Shown here piece after piece: positions 18,695 through 26,054 of a stretch of 64,000 nucleotides of DNA; positions within the stretch are counted from its first letter, which is position 1; each line of letters begins with the position of its first letter. Source of the DNA: an uncultured Acidimicrobiaceae bacterium (lineage in GTDB: Bacteria > Actinomycetota > Acidimicrobiia > Spongiisociales > ZC4RG35); NCBI GenBank assembly GCA_964653975.1, contig CAZZIG010000129.1, forward strand, positions 5,440 to 69,439, read 5' to 3'. The notes under the pieces were generated by a model, which worked only from the letters and a program-made list of their open reading frames with translations, had not been told where the DNA came from and ran no database searches. The position numbers and the translations under genes were made by a program.

Positions 18695-19525
18695 CTAGAG
18701 CAGTTCCGCCGCCACGGCGCGGAAAGCGGAGGCCGGGTCGGGTCCCAGGTCCTGGATGCAGACGTGGTCGGCGCCGGCGTCGATGTGGGCGCGGACCCCC
18801 TCGGCGACCTCCTCGGCGCTCCCGATGAGGACCAACTCCGCGAGCAGACGGTCGCTGCCCCCGTCGGCGAGGTCCGATTCCTCCCATCCCTCACGAAGCA
18901 GGCTGTTGCGGTAGTTGACCAGCCGCAGGTACCGGGCCACGAACTCGCGTGCGATCCGGTTCCCCTCGTCCACATCCAGTCCCACCACGACGGTCTGTTC
19001 CGGTGCCAGCAGCGGCCCAGCGCCGAGGACCTCACGAGCCATTGCGGTGTGACGGGGTGTGGTCAGGTAGGGATGGGTGCCCGCGGTGCGCTCCCCGGAA
19101 ATCCTCAGCGCCTTCGGTCCCAGCGCGGCGACGACGACGTGTTCGGCGGGTACCCCGGCGGCGTCGAGGGCATCGAGATAGGAGATCACCGTCTCCAGGG
19201 GCTTGCGGTACTCCGAAGTGGCCTCCGGATGCCCGATGCCGACCCCGAGCAGGAACCTCCCGGGATGGCGCTGTGCGATCCGGTGGTATGAGGCGGCGAC
19301 GGTCTCGGCGTCGTCGCGCCACACTTTGACGATGCCGGTGGCCACGGCGATCGTCTCGGTGGCGTCGAGCAGTCTCTCGATGTCGGCGAGGTCACCGGGC
19401 GGGGAACCACCGACCCAAAGGGCGCCGAACCCGAGCCCTTCCCCCTCCTGTGCCATCTCGGGTGTGGTCTGGGGGGCTCGCTGCCAGATTCCGAATCGTC
19501 CGATGTCGATAGTCATGGACCCCAA
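18695..19525 (-). CDS. LLM-class F420-dependent-type oxidoreductase
   Basis: MTIDIGRFGIW...GFGALWVGGSP...RFLLGVGIGH...LGPKALRISGERTAGTHPY... Start ATG 19525 or 19516. Confidence 0.8.
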   Translation of the reverse strand: MGSMTIDIGRFGIWQRAPQTTPEMAQEGEGLGFGALWVGGSPPGDLADIERLLDATETIAVATGIVKVWRDDAETVAASYHRIAQRHPGRFLLGVGIGHPEATSEYRKPLETVISYLDALDAAGVPAEHVVVAALGPKALRISGERTAGTHPYLTTPRHTAMAREVLGAGPLLAPEQTVVVGLDVDEGNRIAREFVARYLRLVNYRNSLLREGWEESDLADGGSDRLLAELVLIGSAEEVAEGVRAHIDAGADHVCIQDLGPDPASAFRAVAAELL

Positions 19526-19537
19526 ACTAGGTCGAAC

Positions 19538-20248
19538 TCACCTCGCCATCACCACCCGGCGCATCAGCGACCGCCGGAACAGGAGGGCGATGACCACGCC
19601 GAACACGAACCCGCCGACGTGTGCCTCCCAGGCGGTGCCCGTTCCCCCCAAACCGAACTGCCCGAAGAACCAGAAGGCGAGGAAGACGATGGCGGGCAGG
19701 GGAACCAGGAACCAACCGACGAAAGTGAGGATGCGGTGACCGGGGAACAGCACAGCGTATGCACCGAGCGCGGCGGCAATCGCACCCGACGCGCCCACCA
19801 GGGGGACCGTCGAGTCGGGGTTGACCGCGACGAAGGCCAGGGTGGCGACGACACCGCCCACCAGATAGAGCAGCAGATAGCGGAAGTGCCCGAACGCCTC
19901 CTCGACGTTGTTGCCGAAGATCCACAGCGACCACATGTTGAAGAGGAGATGGAGGAGGTTCCCGTGCAGGAACATCGAGACGAACACCGCTGTCCAGGGC
20001 TCCTTCTCGACGAAGACCGGGGCGCCCGACCCGGGTTGGCAGACTTGTTCGGAGATCTCGACGGCGCTCAACGGCTCCCCGTTGAGGACTTCGCAGGCGA
20101 TAGCCGCCCGACGGTAGAGGAACTCGATCTGGTCGCGTTCGGTGTCCTGGGTCTGGACACCGAAGAACACGAGAACGCAAGCGGCGACGAGGACAAACGT
20201 GACCCATGGGGTGATGCGGGTCGGGTTGACGTCGCGGATCGGCAGCAC
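19538..20248 (-). CDS. Rhomboid family intramembrane serine protease
   Basis: FLHGNLLHLLFNMWSLWIFG and VGASGAIAAALGAYAVLFP motifs (catalytic Ser/His contexts), 6 TM helices. Confidence 0.9.
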   Translation of the reverse strand: MLPIRDVNPTRITPWVTFVLVAACVLVFFGVQTQDTERDQIEFLYRRAAIACEVLNGEPLSAVEISEQVCQPGSGAPVFVEKEPWTAVFVSMFLHGNLLHLLFNMWSLWIFGNNVEEAFGHFRYLLLYLVGGVVATLAFVAVNPDSTVPLVGASGAIAAALGAYAVLFPGHRILTFVGWFLVPLPAIVFLAFWFFGQFGLGGTGTAWEAHVGGFVFGVVIALLFRRSLMRRVVMAR

Positions 20249-20292
20249 CGTCGCTCATCGTACGACGGTCTTCGCCACTTGGCTCGCCAAGG

Positions 20293-20673
20293 TCAGACGA
20301 TCGGCTCGATACCCCGTTCCGAGACTCGCCACACACCGGGGCCGGCCACCTCACCCACCACGACGGGACAGCTCACGTCGTAGAGCATCCTGGCCACCAG
20401 CGAGCCGACGACGAGGATCTGATCCGGTTCGCCGAGGACCAGTGCCGCCGGACCGGTTCCCAGCCGGAGCGCCTCCGCCAGGACCGCGGACGACGAGCTC
20501 GAGCCCCTCCCATGGGCGACCGAGACCACCTTTCCCTGCAACGACTCTCCACACTGGGGATGGCTGGCGTCGATGATCCGCCCCGTCTCCGGGTCGTACC
20601 CGCCCCAGAAGGAGAGGGGCTCCGACAACGAGACCGCCTCTCCCACGGCCTCCCCGCCGACCAGGACCTCCAT
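20293..20673 (-). CDS. Aconitase X swivel-domain subunit (DUF126)
   Basis: In-frame part of ORF 20293..20784. MEVLVGGEAVGEAVSLSEPLSFWGGYDPETGRIID...LQGKVVSVAHGRGSSSSS... ATG overlaps the stop of the upstream subunit (ATGA at 20671-20675). Confidence 0.8.
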   Translation of the reverse strand: MEVLVGGEAVGEAVSLSEPLSFWGGYDPETGRIIDASHPQCGESLQGKVVSVAHGRGSSSSSAVLAEALRLGTGPAALVLGEPDQILVVGSLVARMLYDVSCPVVVGEVAGPGVWRVSERGIEPIV

Positions 20674-21911
20674 CAGGCCAAACCCTCGACCTGGACCCGG
20701 CCCGTGGTCGCCGACTCGACACAGTCTTTCAGACCCGCGAGAACCACCTCCACGCCGAGGTTTCCGGGGGCGTAGTGGGCCCACTTGCCCGAGTTGGTCA
20801 TAACGACTCCCTGTGGCTGTCCCATCATCGCGGTCACGTAGGTGCAGGTGTCGGTGACGATGGTCGCCCCGAATGCTTCGATTGCCCCGAGGTGCCCGGC
20901 CGCATCGGCAGCAGCCAGGATGTTGCGTCCGGTGTTGACGTAGAACGGAACCACCGTCTTGCGCCCCGACACCAGACCGGCGAGTGCGGACATCTCCCGG
21001 ATCGAGGCGTGGGGGGTTCCGACACTGACCGCGCCGAGGGTGCTCGAAGACGTCGTCGACAACTCGGAGACGGCCCGGCGAAGGTCATCGGCCCCGATGG
21101 CCACGAGATCAGGAGGGAGCCCTCCGCAGGCCTCATCCAATGTGGCCGCCTCGGGTGTCACCCCGGCGACATGGAACATCCCCACCGCACCGGAGGAGGC
21201 GGCGGCCGCTCCCAGCGACTTGAGACGATCCTCGTCGGCGCGCTGGTCCAGCCCGGTGAGGACCGCGACCCGGGTACCGACCCGCCGACCGAGGACGTGG
21301 CCGAGGGCGACGTAGAAGAGGTCGTTGTCACGCCAGGAGTCGGGAGCGTCGACATCGACCTGGAGGGTGGCGCGGCGGCCCTCGTCGGTGTGCAATCCCG
21401 AGGCGGGTGCCCGCCCGGTGAGAGCGCAGCAGATGTCGAGGAAGTCCCCGTACCGGTTGGTGCGGGCTCCGAGAACCGAGTTGGCGAAGACGATGGCGTT
21501 GGACTCGCCCCAGGCGATCTGGTCTCCCAACCCGGGTCGGTTGGCGAGTTGATACGGGGCGCATGTCCAGCTGGGTTCGCAGCCCATCTCCACATAGGCT
21601 TCCATCAACGCCCGGGCCCGACGTGCCATCAGGGCGTCACCACGGAAGAGGTCGGGGTGCAACAGGTCGAGCGACGCCACGTTGAGGGTGGTGGGGACGA
21701 CCACGCGAGCTCCGGCTGCGGCGAGCCTCTCGGCGAAGTCGAGGCTGGCGAGCCCGTGATAGAGACAGCTGTCGACATGGGCTGAGCGGATGTCGAGGAG
21801 GGAGTCGGCTCCCATCGCCCGTCCCGCGGCCACCACCAGCTCCATCGCCATCGCCACCGCGGGGCCGGATTCGCCAGCGAGACAGGCCCGGTCGGCTTCG
21901 TCCAGATGCAT
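20673..21911 (-). CDS. Aconitase X catalytic subunit (DUF521)
   Basis: In-frame part of ORF 20673..22067. MHLDEADRACLAGESGPAVAMAMELVV...IRSAHVDSCLYHG...PTTLNV...WTCAPYQ...AWGESNAIVFANSVLGARTNRYGDFLDICCALTGRAP. Confidence 0.8.
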   Translation of the reverse strand: MHLDEADRACLAGESGPAVAMAMELVVAAGRAMGADSLLDIRSAHVDSCLYHGLASLDFAERLAAAGARVVVPTTLNVASLDLLHPDLFRGDALMARRARALMEAYVEMGCEPSWTCAPYQLANRPGLGDQIAWGESNAIVFANSVLGARTNRYGDFLDICCALTGRAPASGLHTDEGRRATLQVDVDAPDSWRDNDLFYVALGHVLGRRVGTRVAVLTGLDQRADEDRLKSLGAAAASSGAVGMFHVAGVTPEAATLDEACGGLPPDLVAIGADDLRRAVSELSTTSSSTLGAVSVGTPHASIREMSALAGLVSGRKTVVPFYVNTGRNILAAADAAGHLGAIEAFGATIVTDTCTYVTAMMGQPQGVVMTNSGKWAHYAPGNLGVEVVLAGLKDCVESATTGRVQVEGLA

Positions 21912-21990
21912 CTGGAGACGATACGGTGTCGGCTTGACAGAGAGCCAACCGACGACAGAGACCACCGGTCGCCGGAGCACATGGTCCGGG

Positions 21991-23124
21991 ATGGTGGTCG
22001 TGGCCAGTGCTCTGGTGCTGGCTGCCCTCCCCCTGTTCCTGGTGGGCGGGCTCGCCGTCCAGATCAAAGAGGAGTTCGCTTTCAGCGAGGCGGCGCTGGG
22101 AGCCGGAGTGACCGTGGGTTTCGTCGTCGGCGCCCTCAGCGCACCGTTTGGGGGTCGACTCGCCGACCGTGTCGGACCGAAGACATCGGTCTACCTGGGG
22201 ATATCCCTCGGCGCCCTCTCCCTGGTCGGGTTGGGTCTCCTCACCACCGGATGGGGAACCATGGTCGGTTTCCTCTGCCTCGCCGGAGTGGGCATCGCCA
22301 TCACCGACCCCGGGCTCGCCATACTGGTCAACCAGGCGATCCCCCACGGCCGCCAGGGCCTCGCCTTCGGGATCAAGGAGGCGTCGATCCCCGCGGCGAC
22401 CCTGGCTGCCGGTATCGCGGTGCCCGTCATCGCCCTCACCGTCGGATGGCGCTGGGCCTTCGCCATCGGGCTGGTCCCCTTCGCCGTGGTGATGGTGATG
22501 CTTCCCGGCCTCGAGAGTGCCCGACGTCGAGCACCCCGCCCTCCGGCGAGCCCCGGGCCTGGCGACAAACCCCCGCCCAATCGCGGCGCCCTGCTGCTCG
22601 CTGCCGTCGCCGCAGCTTTTGGTACCGCGGCCGCGAGCGGAGTGGGCATCTTCCTCACCGACAGCGCGGTCTCGATGGGGTTGAGCCCCGCCAACGCCGG
22701 GATCCTCCTCGCCGTCGGCAGCGTCGCCGGGATCATCGCCCGGGTCGGCTCCGGTGTCCTGGCCGACCGGTCCGGAGGGCCGCAGTTCAAGCTGATCGCA
22801 GTGATGCTGGCGGTCGGGGCCGTGACCATGGCCCTTGGCGGAACCGGCAACACGTGGTTGCTGGTGCTCGGGACCATCGGGGCGTTCGGTGGCGGCTGGG
22901 CCTGGACGGGGATCTTCTTCCTCTCTCTCGTCAAGACCAACCCGGACCGCCCCGGGACGGTGGCGGGCATCGGCACCTTCGGTCTCGGCGTCGGAAACGC
23001 CTCCGGCCCTCTCCTGTTCGGTGTGGCCGCCCAGACCTACTCCTACGGCATCGCCTGGCTGGGAGCCGCCGTGGTCGCCGGGGTAGCCGCCGTCCTCATG
23101 GCCGCGGCCCGGTCCCGGTTCTGA
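21991..23124 (+). CDS. MFS transporter
   Basis: In-frame part of ORF 21790..23124, 12-TM pattern, GGRLADRVGPK loop motif. Start ATG 21991; TTG 21934 is possible. Confidence 0.8.
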   Translation: MVVVASALVLAALPLFLVGGLAVQIKEEFAFSEAALGAGVTVGFVVGALSAPFGGRLADRVGPKTSVYLGISLGALSLVGLGLLTTGWGTMVGFLCLAGVGIAITDPGLAILVNQAIPHGRQGLAFGIKEASIPAATLAAGIAVPVIALTVGWRWAFAIGLVPFAVVMVMLPGLESARRRAPRPPASPGPGDKPPPNRGALLLAAVAAAFGTAAASGVGIFLTDSAVSMGLSPANAGILLAVGSVAGIIARVGSGVLADRSGGPQFKLIAVMLAVGAVTMALGGTGNTWLLVLGTIGAFGGGWAWTGIFFLSLVKTNPDRPGTVAGIGTFGLGVGNASGPLLFGVAAQTYSYGIAWLGAAVVAGVAAVLMAAARSRF

Positions 23125-23249
23125 ACTTTCCTCAGGAAGTGGGACCCGTATGTGGGTCTGTGCGCCTCGAGAATTTCTCGAGGCGCACAGACCCACATTT
23201 CTCGAGGAAGTACGACCCGGATACGGGTCGTACTTCCTGAGGAAAGTTC
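23123..23249. repeat. Nested-palindrome intergenic repeat, copy B (REP/MITE-like)
   Basis: 18-bp terminal inverted repeat GAACTTTCCTCAGGAAGT / ACTTCCTGAGGAAAGTTC. Central hairpin 23152-23196 and second hairpin 23205-23238. It exactly fills the gap between two convergent stop codons. Confidence 0.8.
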
Positions 23250-24274
23250 TAGCCCGCCACGGTCACGTCGACCCGTTGGACCACGTTGTTGGCGTAGCCG
23301 CGGGCGTTCCAGCGGGGCTGGAGTGGCTGGGTGGCGCCCTCGGTGTCGATGGCGCGCGCCATGATCGACAGCGGGCCTGGTTCTGGCTCGGCCCGGAAGG
23401 CCCAACGCACCGGGGCCCACCGGCCTCCGGTCTCCCGGCGCGACAACTCCGCCTCCCCCCATGTGTCGCCACCGTCGACGGAGACGTCGACCCTCGCCAC
23501 CTCGGCGACACCCGACCAGGCCGAGCCCTTCACCTCGAGGATCCCCCCGGAGATGGTCTCTCCTTGGAAGGGGGCGGCGATGACCGAACGCACCGCCATC
23601 GCCCCCACCGGCGCGTATTCGGGCTCGTCGTCGTCGCGGAGATACCGGTACTGCTCGACGAAGTAGCCGCGAAACGGCGTGGTGACCGCCTCCAACTTGA
23701 TCAGCCACTTGACCGACTTCATCGCGTAGTGACCCGGGACGACCAGCCGTATCGGGGCCCCGTGGAGGAGCGTCAGCGGCTCGCCCCCGATGTGGGTGAC
23801 GAGGACGGGCACGGTCGACTCGGCCATTTCCCGGCTGATGGAGAACTGGTAGGGCACTCGCTTCCCGGTCGGGACGGTGCCGAAGTCCGCCCCCGTGAAG
23901 ACCAGCTCCACGACCTCTTCGGGCAGGGGCCCGACCACCTCGTTGAGCCGGTAACCGCTGATCGTTATCGGAGATACACCGTCGAGCTCCCAGGCGGTCC
24001 CCTCCGGGACCGGCTCCATGAGTGCCCTGCCGTTCCCGGCGCATTCGAGGACGATGTCCCGGGTCACCTGCTGGAACGGCTTGAACTGCTCGGGGGTGAT
24101 CGTGCGTCTCCTCCGACCCGGGACCACCAGCTCGAAACCTGCCGGGGCCGATAACGGTGTGGGCAGGTTGGAGCGGACATACATCTGCTGCTGATTCAGC
24201 GACTCGCCGGTGAGACCCTCGACCCGGACACCGGTGTTGGGCGGGTTATCGGTTATGACGCGATGGAACACCAA
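23249..24274 (-). CDS. Sulfite-oxidase-family molybdopterin oxidoreductase (Mo-co binding plus dimerisation domains)
   Basis: ...ECAGNGR..., GAPIRLVVPGHYAMKSVKWL..., C-terminal Ig-like domain ...VDVSVDGGDTWGEAEL. Confidence 0.8.
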   Translation of the reverse strand: MVFHRVITDNPPNTGVRVEGLTGESLNQQQMYVRSNLPTPLSAPAGFELVVPGRRRRTITPEQFKPFQQVTRDIVLECAGNGRALMEPVPEGTAWELDGVSPITISGYRLNEVVGPLPEEVVELVFTGADFGTVPTGKRVPYQFSISREMAESTVPVLVTHIGGEPLTLLHGAPIRLVVPGHYAMKSVKWLIKLEAVTTPFRGYFVEQYRYLRDDDEPEYAPVGAMAVRSVIAAPFQGETISGGILEVKGSAWSGVAEVARVDVSVDGGDTWGEAELSRRETGGRWAPVRWAFRAEPEPGPLSIMARAIDTEGATQPLQPRWNARGYANNVVQRVDVTVAG

Positions 24275-24305
24275 ACTCGCAGACCTCCCTCCAGGACGTG
24301 GCAGC

Positions 24306-25868
24306 CTAACGTCGATCCTGGCGGAGCAGTCCCACGACGATGCCGTCGGTCAGAGCCTCCCAGGAGGCCTCCATCACGTTCTCGTGGACCCCGATGGTGC
24401 CCCACGACGTCTCAGGGTCGGAGGTCTCGATGAGGACCCTGACCCGGGCAGAGGTCCCTTCCGTCGAGTCGAGCACCCTGACCCTGTAATCGGTGAGCCG
24501 CAGATCGGCCACACCCGGGTAGTCGTCTCGGAGGGCGCCACGCAACGCCATGTCGAGGGCGTGCACCGGCCCCACCCCCTCACCGATGCTGACCCGCCGC
24601 TCTCCCCCGACGACGACTTTCACGGTCGCCTCGGAATAGATGGTCTCGTCGCTGCGCCGCTCCGCCATCACCCGGAAAGACTCGAGCTCGAAATAGGGGT
24701 TGGTCCACCCCGTCATCTCCCTGACCAACAGCTCGAAAGTGCCGTCGGCGGCCTCGAAGTGATAGCCCTGATGCTCGAGTTGCTTCACCCTCTCGACGAC
24801 ATCCCCGGCCAGGTCGGGTTCCAGCTCCAGACCCAGCTCGGCGGTCTTGGACAGCACCGAAGCCTTCCCGGCGAGCTCGCTGACGACCATCCGGGTCCGA
24901 TTGCCCACCTGGGAGGGGTCCTCGTGCTCGTAGGCGTCGGAGCGACGGGCCAGCGCCGAGGTGTGTAAACCGGCCTTGTGGGTGAACGCCGACACCCCCA
25001 CATAGGGTCGATGCCCGTCGAGGGTGATGTTGACGATCTCGGCGATGTGATGGGAGATCGATGTGATGAGACCCAGGTCGCCGCTGATCACCTTCTTGCC
25101 CATCTTCACTTCGAGGTCGGGGATCAGCGTGGAGAGGTTGGCGTTGCCGGTGCGCTCGCCGTAACCGTTGATGCACCCCTGCACCTGGGTGACACCGGCC
25201 TCCACCGCGCCGATCGACGATGCCACCGCCGTTCCGACGTCGTCGTGATAGTGAACCCCGACGAGAGCGTCGGGCAGCTTCGCCTTGACCTTCTCGATCG
25301 CGACGAGAGTCTGACTGGGTAGTGACCCCCCGTTGGTGTCACACAGGACGAGACGCTCGGCCCCGGACTCGTGCGCTGTCTGCAGGACGGCCATGGCGTA
25401 GTCGGGGTTGGCGTTGTAGCCGTCGAAGAAGTGCTCTGCGTCGAAGAACACCCGGTGACCGTGTCCTTCGAGGAACTCGATGGACTCCCCCACCATGCGG
25501 AGACCCTCGTCGAGGCCCACCCGGAGCGCCTCGGTCACGTGGTAGTCCCAGGACTTGCCCACCAGACAGATGAACTCGGTCTCTGCGTCGAGGAGAGCGC
25601 GAAGCTGTGGATCCGACGCCACGTCGCCTCCGGGACGGCGCGTTGAGCCGAAGGAGGTCAAAACCGAGTTGGCCAAATCGAGCTCGGTTCGAGCGCGGGC
25701 GAAGAACTCGGTGTCTTTCTGGTTGGCACCGGGCCAGCCCCCTTCGATGAAGGCGACACCCAAATCGTCGAGCAGACGAGCGATGCGCAGCTTGTCGCTG
25801 ACGGTGAGGCTGATCCCCTCCTGCTGGGATCCATCTCTGAGTGTCGTGTCGTATATCTCCAGTTCCAT
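24306..25868 (-). CDS. cimA: Citramalate synthase-type member of the LeuA/CimA family (2-alkylmalate synthase)
   Basis: ORF 24306..25889(-). Start ATG 25868 (MELEIYDTTLRDGSQQEGISLTV) after GGTGAGGG. HMGL-like TIM barrel (HYHDDVGTAVASS, HTSA) and a C-terminal LeuA-dimer-type regulatory domain. The ~520-aa length and the Ile-rich leader upstream favour CimA over LeuA. Confidence 0.75.
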   Translation of the reverse strand: MELEIYDTTLRDGSQQEGISLTVSDKLRIARLLDDLGVAFIEGGWPGANQKDTEFFARARTELDLANSVLTSFGSTRRPGGDVASDPQLRALLDAETEFICLVGKSWDYHVTEALRVGLDEGLRMVGESIEFLEGHGHRVFFDAEHFFDGYNANPDYAMAVLQTAHESGAERLVLCDTNGGSLPSQTLVAIEKVKAKLPDALVGVHYHDDVGTAVASSIGAVEAGVTQVQGCINGYGERTGNANLSTLIPDLEVKMGKKVISGDLGLITSISHHIAEIVNITLDGHRPYVGVSAFTHKAGLHTSALARRSDAYEHEDPSQVGNRTRMVVSELAGKASVLSKTAELGLELEPDLAGDVVERVKQLEHQGYHFEAADGTFELLVREMTGWTNPYFELESFRVMAERRSDETIYSEATVKVVVGGERRVSIGEGVGPVHALDMALRGALRDDYPGVADLRLTDYRVRVLDSTEGTSARVRVLIETSDPETSWGTIGVHENVMEASWEALTDGIVVGLLRQDRR

Positions 25869-25891
25869 GTCCCTCACCTGGTGGCCCAATT

Positions 25892-25951
25892 AGAAGACCC
25901 CCTGCGTTTGGCGCAGAGGGTCGAGGGCACAGACCGGTGTTCGGTCTGCGC
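25892..25951 (-). promoter_or_regulatory. Two stem-loops between the Ile leader peptide and cimA; the second is terminator-like (candidate attenuator)
   Basis: On the minus strand, GCGCAGACCG-aacac-CGGTCTGTGC (25927-25951). Then CCCTCTGCG-ccaaa-CGCAGGGGG (25898-25920) followed by UCUUCU (25892-25897). GGCGCAGA, overlapping the leader stop, can alternatively pair with TCTGCGCC, the 5' arm of the second hairpin. Confidence 0.5.
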
Positions 25952-25993
25952 CTAGTCGATAATGATGATGGTCGAGTTCGCTGGGTGGCCCAT
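25952..25993 (-). CDS. Candidate leader peptide MGHPANSTIIIID (four consecutive Ile codons) upstream of cimA
   Basis: Minus strand ATG GGC CAC CCA GCG AAC TCG ACC ATC ATC ATT ATC GAC TAG. It starts 9 nt after a CATACT -10 box, so it is probably leaderless. Confidence 0.5.
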   Translation of the reverse strand: MGHPANSTIIIID

Positions 25994-26002
25994 CGCCCGG
26001 TG

Positions 26003-26031
26003 AGTATGGCCGCACCGGGTATCGGGGTCAA
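26003..26031 (-). promoter_or_regulatory. Sigma-A-like promoter TTGACC-N17-CATACT driving the cimA leader
   Basis: On the minus strand, TTGACC (plus 26026-26031), a 17-nt spacer and CATACT (plus 26003-26008). Confidence 0.45.
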
Positions 26032-26054
26032 GGCCCGGCGCTAGCGTTTGGGGT

